From Sedimentisphaerales bacterium (GTDB taxonomy: Bacteria > Planctomycetota > Phycisphaerae > Sedimentisphaerales > SM23-30): a stretch of 64,000 nucleotides of DNA. Below the pieces are notes generated by a model. That model worked only from the letters and a program-made list of their open reading frames with translations. It did no database searches and was not told the DNA's origin. Shown here piece after piece: positions 50,243 to 58,990 of this stretch. Every line of letters starts with the position of its first letter. The stretch's first letter is position 1. The stretch lies in assembly GCA_963666285.1 (NCBI GenBank), contig OY762711.1; one strand, written 5' to 3'. The translations under genes were made by a program, and so were the position numbers.

Positions 50243-53200
50243 TCAAGTATCAATTTTATTTGTTAGTTCTCTTGTTAAACCAATTCCTTTCTCAAATAAC
50301 AAATCCCATGAATCGAGACATCTATTCATCAAATCAGCATCATCCTCCTTTGCTTGCTCGTATAATCTCAAAAGAACAGGTACAAGCGTGAATGGAATAT
50401 CTGACTGAATTATCGAACCAGCAATATGACCCTCTAATAAAGAACCAACAGATCTATTGATTACCTTAGCAAACCGAATAAGAGAACCCTCGTAATCTTT
50501 CAAAGCATAATACAATCTACTACCTGAGTTTTCCTCTTTGAAAGCTTTAGACTTGATGAATAACTCTAAAAATTCTTCGATATTACCAATTTGTAGTAAT
50601 TTGGCAAAGCTCAAATTGTCCGCTTGTTCTCTTACTTTTTTCGATTCATCATTTAATAATGGTAGTAGTAATTCTTGACATCTGTTTGAATATTTTTCAT
50701 CTGAAACAAATTGAGAAGCAATTTTAGCTATTCCCATTCGATGCGCTTCACATCCATTTCTAGCTTCTGTTAACTCATCTGAGAAATATTCGTAAAACAA
50801 CCATCTAGCGCAAATTTCTTTTGTTCCAAACAAAGCAAAATCAAATCTTTCAGAATAAAATAATTCTCGTATTAAGGGTTCAAATTCATTTTTATAATCC
50901 CTCATACACCAATTATATAATTCTACCGCATATCTACAAATTGATATTCTTAAATCGTTTTTACACATTTGAACAAATAAATGCACAGCATAACTTATAT
51001 CAATGTTTATTATAGGCAATAATGTTCTAATAGTCGCAACTTTCACTACAGGGTGCGGATCGTTAGCTAAAGCTTCAATGACAGGCTTAAGCTTCTCAAA
51101 TAACTCCTTATGTTTCCAAAGCACTGCACCTGTTGCTATTGCAGCAACTCCTCTAACAGAATTTAAGGAATTATCAACAAGAGATGAAGCTGTTGCATTC
51201 TCACTTAAATTGCCATATTCAGGGTTATAGCAATTCAAACGGCCTTCTTTGGGGTCAGGATGATTAAGGGCGTAATCTATAAGTTTTTCAATTATTGTGT
51301 CAGAAAATTTCTCTTCTGCTCTATTCTCAACCATCCGGCAAAACTGAATAGCAACATTATCATCATTGCCAATTTGTGTTTTTTTAAGAAACTTTTCTAC
51401 CGTTTCGAAGTCAACTGGCTCCCAATTTTTCTTTTCATCTTCTGTTATATTTTGTGCTTTTGGCTCGGTCTCTGCAAAACAACTTAATATGGCTGCTATA
51501 TAAGATGGGTTAGTCTCTTTATTGAAAGTTAAAGCTAACTTGCTAAATCTCTGAGGTTGTCTTTTTGCAATATTTTCAAAGTCTCTTGAATAATTTAAAA
51601 CTGACGACTCGCCAACTACCTTTTTTGAAATCTGTTTCCATTTCCCTAAATTATTTTCTTCTGGAATTTCTTTATTATTAATGATACTTTGCCAAGCTCT
51701 ATTACTCAATAAATGAATCTTTTCGTCAAGTAAAGGAGATTTAACAAAACCACCTGTCCCTAATGACATACTTAAGAATCTATTAGGAGAATAGCAATTA
51801 AATTTTCTTTCAAGTACTCCAATTAAACCTTCAACTTTTACTCCTCGACGTTTAGAGCATAATGCAGGCAAAAGAAAATGCTGAGCTCGTCCCCAAAAGT
51901 CATCATAGTGTCCATATTTCCAAGATGGAATAGCATATTCTGCCGTACGTTTTTCATTTGGTTCATGATAATGAATAATACATTCTTCTAGTGTTCTATA
52001 CGATTCATCGCTGCAATAGTTTGAAAGGCTTTTAATCAATCTAACAGCAGACATCCATTTAGGCTCTTGATACCCCGAACCTAAGGCAAATCTTCTAGTA
52101 TCAGAAATTAACCATTCTACACCGTAATCAGCGTTTTTGGGTGGTAAGCTTGCATATGATTCTAAAAGTATTTTTTGAATAACTGGAGATTTGCTTTCTC
52201 TGTATATTTCTGAAATACCAATAAAACACTTTGTATTCGTATTTGCTAATATTTTACCAGTTGAAACTAACAAATGGTATAAACCTGTACAAATTGAAGT
52301 ATTAGTATCACCAAGCTGCATTATTTCATCGTCAAACCAGTCTTTTAACTTGCGATTATATTCGTTCGTACCACATTTGGTCAAACGTTCAACTTGAGGC
52401 ATTATTAATTCCCAAAAAACTATAGAATGTGTCGAAATATGCTTATCAAGTTTAGGGATTATTCGATTATCCCAATAATCATATTTAGAGTGGTTATTAT
52501 GAGACGTTAGTAATTGGTTAGCTGAATAGCTAGAGGATTCCCATGTAGACAAAACTGCCTCAAATATTTTGATAACTCTTATCGGGTTAGTTTTACATAC
52601 GGCCAATAAATCGATATAGTCATTGAATATTTTTTGCTTCATTAGCTTAAGCCTGAGTTCAAACATTATATCTGAATCATTTTCAACATTCCAGCACAAG
52701 CAATCTAAAACTCTTTTATGCCATTTTTCTCCTTTTTCTATATATGGTTCAATATAGTGAGTAATATCATCTGGAATTCTATCTGCAACAGATCTTAATA
52801 AGCGAGTTGCGATGTGTACATCATTATCTATTACGGAGTTTAATTTCTCATCAACATAACCTTTTTCAATGGCTATTGATATATATTGGGGGTTCCCAAA
52901 TAAAATGATATTAATTATTAGTGGTTTCCATAATTCAAGTTTTTCTAACTCAAATATATAACTTATAAGACTATCGTCTGGATTATCAATTTGTGACACT
53001 ATTTCTAATACAAGGTGTTTTATATGAAAACGAATTGATTCACTTTCAATTAAGAACTTAATATTACGCACACACAATTCTGGCATGTCATCCCATAACA
53101 ATAGTAATACCTGCCGAACCTGCTCTCTTTTAAATAAAGACTGATTATTTTTAGGTCCAAGCCATTCAACAATACTACCTTGTTTCATCAATATATCTTT

Positions 53201-54913
53201 TCTAACACGATCAGCAACTTTATAATCAAAATAGGTTTGATGGCAAAATGTGATACTATCTGCAATTCGGATAACCCCTACTGTCTGTAATTCTGTTAAA
53301 ACACGCTCGTCGCAATCAATAGCCGCATTTGGAGTGTTCAATTTACCATTTACTTCCATAAATGAAATGATATCATTAATTACTCTTTCAACTTCACTTT
53401 TCTTAATATTTCTTTTTTCTAAAGTTCTTATTCTGTCTTCCCAAAACTCCTGCATAAGATGTGCCGATGAATTAAAACTTGGTGTTTTGCCATTTCTTAC
53501 AATTTTTGTCCAGATATTTAACATGTGTGGAGAAGAAATAATACTAATTTGTTTTTTATTTAATAAAGCATAATTACAGTTCTCATTTGTAACAATTTCT
53601 TTTATCTTTTCTTCTGGTAAGTGTTTGACTTCAATCTTTGAAAACTTAACTTTTTTATTAGTATTGTTTAGCCATTTCTTAATTTCAGGGTCATGCTCTA
53701 GATCAAAAGTTCTGCATGATATAATTACAGATATGTTATTTTTACGTAAACGAGACCTCGTTACTTCTCTAATTATATTCTTACAAACGGCGAGTGCGTT
53801 CTCTGAGTGAGAACTGGTCCATCGTAAGGCATCCAGTTGATCTAATATCAAAACTGCTGGTCTATCAAACGCAATCGCCTCCAAACATAGAGAAGGAGAT
53901 TCTGGAAGACCTATATCAGTTCCAAATTGTTTTGTTGTATTTTTAGGCTCTTGCCTGTCAAGTCGCACCGGTATATATTGAATATTCTTTTCAGTTAGTT
54001 TTTGTGATAATTCATACAATACTCCACTTTTCCCTGTGCCAGCATCGCCATGAAGAATTATGATATTATTTTGTTCAAGTTCTTTTAATAGTTTTTCTGT
54101 TTCATCTCTTGGGATAAGTGTGTCGCATATTAAATCATTAGATATCGACTCAGAGAATTGGAGCTTCAATCTTTCAACTGCAGGGAACAGTCTTGTATCA
54201 TGCACAAGTTTTCGTAAATGAAATCCGCTATCAGAAAGATATTTCCGTAGATCGTCAGCATAAACTACCTTTCTAATGTTTTCTTCAGCAAACTCACTTA
54301 AACTAGCAATAATGGTTTCTGATTTCCCGTCAATAAGTAGATTTATTAATGATAAAATATCTTCATAACTTGATTGATTGTCATCCCATATTTCAATATA
54401 TGTTCTTTTAAGATAATCGAATGCTCTGGCCCTATGCTCTTTTTCATCTTTATCTAGACCAATTTGCGAGCAGTACTCACTAAAAGTTCTTAATCTTGGT
54501 TGTCCTGCTTCACAAATTTGATATTTATAAAAGTCTTCTGGATTATTATTTGATTTGCGTGCACTTTCACATATATCTTCCAGATTTTTTGATGGCACTC
54601 CTGATATTAACTTAACTTCATTTCTTGGCTCACGATCAAGATGAAATTTCATATTGTTAAGGATGTTTCTTGAACTAAGATCAGAAATTGTCCATTTATC
54701 GCTACTTTGATTTCTTGCTTTGCATTGCTGAAATTGCCGAATATTGTTCTTAAAATGGACTATTAAATCAACGCCTTTTTCGTCATCCCCAATGGCTTCA
54801 ACTGTAACAGACTGAATTCTTTCTTGCAGAAGTAAAACATACTGTTTAACAACCCATCTGCTTTCATAGCGATTACCTAATTTATCAGCATACCCGCCTT
54901 TTTCAAAAGCCAT
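50243..54913 (-). CDS. Nuclease-STAND NTPase with helical-repeat C-terminus (Avs/NACHT-like candidate antiphage protein)
   Basis: N-terminal PD-(D/E)xK-like GNRYE…GVDL…QCK; Walker A HGDAGTGKS; Walker B VLILDQLD; ISCR sensor; FCHQTYFDY winged-helix motif; HEAT-like C-terminal segments; markedly AT-rich. Confidence 0.8.
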   Translation of the reverse strand: MAFEKGGYADKLGNRYESRWVVKQYVLLLQERIQSVTVEAIGDDEKGVDLIVHFKNNIRQFQQCKARNQSSDKWTISDLSSRNILNNMKFHLDREPRNEVKLISGVPSKNLEDICESARKSNNNPEDFYKYQICEAGQPRLRTFSEYCSQIGLDKDEKEHRARAFDYLKRTYIEIWDDNQSSYEDILSLINLLIDGKSETIIASLSEFAEENIRKVVYADDLRKYLSDSGFHLRKLVHDTRLFPAVERLKLQFSESISNDLICDTLIPRDETEKLLKELEQNNIIILHGDAGTGKSGVLYELSQKLTEKNIQYIPVRLDRQEPKNTTKQFGTDIGLPESPSLCLEAIAFDRPAVLILDQLDALRWTSSHSENALAVCKNIIREVTRSRLRKNNISVIISCRTFDLEHDPEIKKWLNNTNKKVKFSKIEVKHLPEEKIKEIVTNENCNYALLNKKQISIISSPHMLNIWTKIVRNGKTPSFNSSAHLMQEFWEDRIRTLEKRNIKKSEVERVINDIISFMEVNGKLNTPNAAIDCDERVLTELQTVGVIRIADSITFCHQTYFDYKVADRVRKDILMKQGSIVEWLGPKNNQSLFKREQVRQVLLLLWDDMPELCVRNIKFLIESESIRFHIKHLVLEIVSQIDNPDDSLISYIFELEKLELWKPLIINIILFGNPQYISIAIEKGYVDEKLNSVIDNDVHIATRLLRSVADRIPDDITHYIEPYIEKGEKWHKRVLDCLCWNVENDSDIMFELRLKLMKQKIFNDYIDLLAVCKTNPIRVIKIFEAVLSTWESSSYSANQLLTSHNNHSKYDYWDNRIIPKLDKHISTHSIVFWELIMPQVERLTKCGTNEYNRKLKDWFDDEIMQLGDTNTSICTGLYHLLVSTGKILANTNTKCFIGISEIYRESKSPVIQKILLESYASLPPKNADYGVEWLISDTRRFALGSGYQEPKWMSAVRLIKSLSNYCSDESYRTLEECIIHYHEPNEKRTAEYAIPSWKYGHYDDFWGRAQHFLLPALCSKRRGVKVEGLIGVLERKFNCYSPNRFLSMSLGTGGFVKSPLLDEKIHLLSNRAWQSIINNKEIPEENNLGKWKQISKKVVGESSVLNYSRDFENIAKRQPQRFSKLALTFNKETNPSYIAAILSCFAETEPKAQNITEDEKKNWEPVDFETVEKFLKKTQIGNDDNVAIQFCRMVENRAEEKFSDTIIEKLIDYALNHPDPKEGRLNCYNPEYGNLSENATASSLVDNSLNSVRGVAAIATGAVLWKHKELFEKLKPVIEALANDPHPVVKVATIRTLLPIINIDISYAVHLFVQMCKNDLRISICRYAVELYNWCMRDYKNEFEPLIRELFYSERFDFALFGTKEICARWLFYEYFSDELTEARNGCEAHRMGIAKIASQFVSDEKYSNRCQELLLPLLNDESKKVREQADNLSFAKLLQIGNIEEFLELFIKSKAFKEENSGSRLYYALKDYEGSLIRFAKVINRSVGSLLEGHIAGSIIQSDIPFTLVPVLLRLYEQAKEDDADLMNRCLDSWDLLFEKGIGLTRELTNKIDT

Positions 54914-55089
54914 TTCGATTTATCCTTTAGCTTAAATCAATATTATCTGAATTAAGATTGTTCAACAAAACCATTGATATTACTAAAAAGAGTTTTTAAT
55001 AAGTATTTAAGCCTATGGGATTAAAAAATCCTGCCATAAACTAATCTACTCAATTTTCAATTCTACCACACAACCCACCATGCCCCAAA

Positions 55090-55600
55090 CCATTTTTTCG
55101 TGTCATTTCGCTCTTTTCGTGGTTGTCAAATTATCAGCCGAAGTTTTCTTCACTACCTTCATGAACTTCATGGTTAACTATCTTCCGCCGCCGCCGATTT
55201 AGATCAAATGTGAACCAACAGTCAATTATTTTCAGAATTCAGCATTCATAATTCATAATTAGAAACTTCTCTCTTCTCTCTTCTTTCTCCTAACTCTTCC
55301 CATCCTTCAGGTGCCGCAATTCTGATATAAAATCTACATATGTGTAACCTTTAAAATAAGCCGTGAGCCGCCAGGCGAACACCTTCTTTACACTTTTTAT
55401 TTTACACTTTACTCTTTGATGCCGCTCCGCGGCATCTGGACTGCCCACAATTTACCAATCTCAATTTCTAGGTTAACAAACGCATTTTAATCTTTATTTC
55501 ATACACCCCTCCGCGATACCTCCGCGCTCGTCCCCGGCCCGCCGTAAGCCTCCGCGCAGCCTCCGCTGCCCGCAAAACCCCGGCGTTTAACGCCGCAAAA
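55090..55600 (+). repeat. Mosaic of short-period repeats and palindromes (right)
   Basis: TTTCGTGTCA/TTTCGCTCT/TTTCGTGGTT; CTTCACTAC/CTTCATGAA/CTTCATGGT (55148-55174); ATTCAGC/ATTCATA heptamers; CTTCTCT heptamers; CCTCCGCG repeats; palindromes GATGCCGC-TCC-GCGGCATC and CGGCGTTTAACGCCG. Confidence 0.7.
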
Positions 55601-55699
55601 TCAACTTTGGTACCACCATACACTAAACCGCATAAAATCTTACAATCTCTTGCACACAATTTTTCCTCGGGTTAGCTGGTGTATTTCACTTATGCCTGA

Positions 55700-56266
55700 C
55701 TATTCAGTAAATTCTGCTTCGACCAGATCGCAGATAATATGATATGCCACCTGGTGCATCTCCTGGCTGATCGATGCCTCATCGCAATGAGCACAAAAAC
55801 AAATATCAGCTATCTGCTCCAGTTCGCTATCTGGCTTACCGGTAAACGCAACTACTTGTACGCCAAGCTCTTTTGCTGACTGGGCCGCTCGGATAATGTT
55901 CGGCGAGCTACCGCTGGTTGACATCGCTATCAGGATATCACCACTGTTTGCCAGACCCTCAATCTGCCTGGCAAATACATAATCAAAAGCAAAATCGTTA
56001 GGCACAGCTGTCAGCAGCGAGGTATCACAAGTCAACGCTATCGCCGGTAATGCCATACGGTTACGTGTGAACCGGCACACTATCTCGGTTGCTATATGCT
56101 GGGCATCCGCTGCCGAACCGCCGTTTCCGCAGATCAGCAGCTTACAGCCGGAGTTAAAACATTCAACTATATTCTGGGCTATCTCGGCTATTAACTCGCA
56201 GTTATGCTCTGTCAGATAGTATATATGTTCGATATGACGCTGTATATAACTCTTTATATTATCCAT
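55700..56266 (-). CDS. gmhA: D-sedoheptulose 7-phosphate isomerase
   Basis: ICGNGGSAADAQHIA.E, ALT.DTS..TA..ND, FARQIE, STSG.S.N and QEMH…HIIC motifs. Confidence 0.92.
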   Translation of the reverse strand: MDNIKSYIQRHIEHIYYLTEHNCELIAEIAQNIVECFNSGCKLLICGNGGSAADAQHIATEIVCRFTRNRMALPAIALTCDTSLLTAVPNDFAFDYVFARQIEGLANSGDILIAMSTSGSSPNIIRAAQSAKELGVQVVAFTGKPDSELEQIADICFCAHCDEASISQEMHQVAYHIICDLVEAEFTE

Positions 56267-56357
56267 TGTTACCCTAATCTTGTATCGCCGTTGGCAAATC
56301 GTCAATTATTTAGTTTTTAGCTGATAGTTATTTGTTTGAGTATGGCTTTGTTGGTAT

Positions 56358-57293
56358 TTACCCTCGGCATTTCTGACAGAAATCAGCCATTACCATCATT
56401 GCCTTATCAGTGTTTTCCGAACTGCCGTCCAGACCGGCAAATACCTCAACCAGCTCCACCAGCTCCTGATCTAATTCGCCGCCGTCATAATTATGGAACA
56501 TGTTTACTATTGCTCCGTCCAGACCATACTGGCGGGCAATATGCATATACGCCCGGCATACGCCTATCTTGCGGCCCGGCAGGTTCTGGACACTATTACT
56601 CAGGCCAATTGATGTGTGTACACCTTTCATCTTCTCGTCGGTCATAATCGCCTTGATCGCCTGCATCGTATTAAAGGTATATCCTGTATCCCCCGGCATC
56701 ATAGGCATATCTATCGCCAGTGGAAATACCATCGTATCATAATAGATATCATCTGCCGCGAAACCGTTTGCTATTGCTTTGTCATAGATCTCGACCGCCA
56801 TATCATAGATTTCCTGCCATGGTGTCACACCAGACGGGTTCTCCGGTGACAGCATACCTATCACCTTAAATGCAAAGTCTTTACGCCATGGCAATACCTG
56901 GTCTGCGGTATGGGTTTTTACTGAGTTCAGCATAGGCACAACGTCTTTTACATTCGGGTGGTTATACCATTCTTCCAGGCCGGCACGCAGAATATCGTCA
57001 TGACTGCTGTCAACGCATACCGGCACTCCGCCGCTGTGCTCGGCTACCAGTCCGACATATTTCTTCATCAAACCAATAGCTATTGACTGGTCCTGGTCAA
57101 AAAACTCATCTATATTTACTTCGATATAAGCCGCTCCATTAGCTGCCTGGTCTTTTATTAGCGATATTATATAGTCCAATGCTTCACTTGGCTCTGTGTA
57201 CGCAATCTCACCGCCGGTCAGCAGTTCTTTCATTGCTTTTTGGGTCTTTGGTATCGTCGCATGGACACTTTCGCCAATGTAAGTAAAACTCAT
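56358..57293 (-). CDS. Pterin-binding TIM-barrel protein (AcsE/MetH folate-domain-like methyltetrahydrofolate:corrinoid methyltransferase)
   Basis: IGESVH, Q…GAAYIEVN, PVCVDS, MLNSV, IYYD..VFPL, IGLSNSV..LP and GLDGAI motifs. Confidence 0.78.
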   Translation of the reverse strand: MSFTYIGESVHATIPKTQKAMKELLTGGEIAYTEPSEALDYIISLIKDQAANGAAYIEVNIDEFFDQDQSIAIGLMKKYVGLVAEHSGGVPVCVDSSHDDILRAGLEEWYNHPNVKDVVPMLNSVKTHTADQVLPWRKDFAFKVIGMLSPENPSGVTPWQEIYDMAVEIYDKAIANGFAADDIYYDTMVFPLAIDMPMMPGDTGYTFNTMQAIKAIMTDEKMKGVHTSIGLSNSVQNLPGRKIGVCRAYMHIARQYGLDGAIVNMFHNYDGGELDQELVELVEVFAGLDGSSENTDKAMMVMADFCQKCRG

Positions 57294-57784
57294 AAATCCT
57301 CATTTCTAGTAGTCTATCTAATGTCATATGACGCAATATACAATTACAGCTGTTAAATTTTATTTTTATAGCTGCCAAAAATCAAACAAATATCAGAAAT
57401 AAAAATCGTGGTACTTTTTGGTGTTGATGTATATAAATATTTTTATTATAATACCTTGTGTTAATATCAAGTGGATAATTTTGCTCTTTGTTGCAGCCTT
57501 GTTTTTTTGTTGGGCTCACCAAAAAATGCTGGTTAAGAAAATACTTGAGTTTTTAACGAAAGACATGATAATATAAGAAAATACGAAAATTTATACTTGT
57601 ATATTTCGTTTATACCATTCACAATTGAGACTGTTCGTTCGAGCGTGGTATAAGTGATTTCAAGATCATAATTTACCGAACAAGCGATTAGGTTATCACA
57701 AACAATGTGTATATAGAAATACCGTTTGTTGAGTTGTTTGGATATTCATTATAGATAAGTTTTTAATTACGTTGGATTTGTGAA

Positions 57785-58780
57785 ATGCCAGAGAGAATAT
57801 CTGTAATTGGTGATGGTGCTATGGGTACCGTATGTGCTCTTATGCTTGCTCATAAGGGGTATGGTGTTAGTTTATGGGGATACAACGATGAGCAGGTTCG
57901 CCTGATCAGGGAAAATCGTGAAAACATAAGGTTTTTACCCGGTGTCTCTCTACCAATTTCTATTGATATCGTCTCTGATGACCAGCAGGCATTTGAAAAT
58001 GCAGGCGTCATTGTCTCTGCTGTTCCTTGCGTCTTCTTACGCGAAGTTTGGACCAGGCTTGTTAAATATCTCCCCCAGCATACCCCGATTGTATCTATAA
58101 CTAAGGGTATCGACTATGATTCTCTCAAATGCCCGACCGGCGTAATTAGTGATATTGTTGAAACTCGCCAGCTTGCCGTGCTTTCCGGTCCCAATATTGC
58201 CGGGGAACTCGCTCAATCTTTGCCCGCTACTGCTACCGCTGCCAGCCATGACCCTACTTTGGCCCAGCATGTACAACGGCTGTTCTCTACCAGCTGGTTC
58301 AGGGTTTACACCAATGAAGATGTTAAGGGTGTTGAAATCGCTGGTGCTGCCAAAAATGTTATTGCTATTGCAGCTGGTATTATCGATGGTATGAAAGCCG
58401 GCGACAATGCCAAGGCGGCATTATTAACCCGCGGACTTGTTGAGATCAAGCGGCTTGGCGAAAAAATGGGTGCCAAGGCTTCAACATTCAATGGGCTTAG
58501 CGGATTAGGTGACCTTGTTACTACCTGTATCAGCCCAATCGGTAGAAATCGCAGCTTTGGGCAGGCCATTGGAACCGGTCTGAGTGTTGAAGAAGCGCTC
58601 GATAATATACCCGGTCAGGTAGAGGGTGTTAATACCAGTCGCGCCATGATGCGTTTGGCCGAAAAATACGAAGTTGAGATGCCTATCACCAAGGGTGTTT
58701 ATCAGATCGTTGCCGAAAATAAACCTGTCTCTCAGGCTATGGCCGACCTTATGAACCGCGATCTCAAATCCGAACTCTAA
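57785..58780 (+). CDS. gpsA: NAD(P)H-dependent glycerol-3-phosphate dehydrogenase
   Basis: IGDGAMGT, TKGI, LSGPN.A.E, KNVIAIAAG, GLSGLGDL..TC….RNR and EG motifs. Confidence 0.95.
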   Translation: MPERISVIGDGAMGTVCALMLAHKGYGVSLWGYNDEQVRLIRENRENIRFLPGVSLPISIDIVSDDQQAFENAGVIVSAVPCVFLREVWTRLVKYLPQHTPIVSITKGIDYDSLKCPTGVISDIVETRQLAVLSGPNIAGELAQSLPATATAASHDPTLAQHVQRLFSTSWFRVYTNEDVKGVEIAGAAKNVIAIAAGIIDGMKAGDNAKAALLTRGLVEIKRLGEKMGAKASTFNGLSGLGDLVTTCISPIGRNRSFGQAIGTGLSVEEALDNIPGQVEGVNTSRAMMRLAEKYEVEMPITKGVYQIVAENKPVSQAMADLMNRDLKSEL

Positions 58781-58990
58781 AATGCGTATATGTTGACAAA
58801 TTGTCCGAAATTCCCGGATATTTCGTTATTTATTCTTGTTATGTCGCCCCAATTTTTGGTGAACTGATTTATTACCCCTTCTAAATTCAATTTTTTGTGT
58901 TACTTTGGTTATAAATCCAATAAAATAACAGTCTTGAAAGACAATTATTATTAATTTTGCACCTTACCCTTTACATTTTACACTTTTTTT

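Noticed and set aside
55574..55595. IS200/IS605-type end hairpin (AAAACCCCGGCGTTTAACGCCG)
   Set aside because: Only a partial hairpin with no tnpA or tnpB nearby; kept as part of the repeat mosaic rather than called an IS.
57600..57720. Possible structured leader upstream of gpsA (TGTTCG…CGAACA)
   Set aside because: The stem is short, with no terminator or recognisable motif; compatible with chance.
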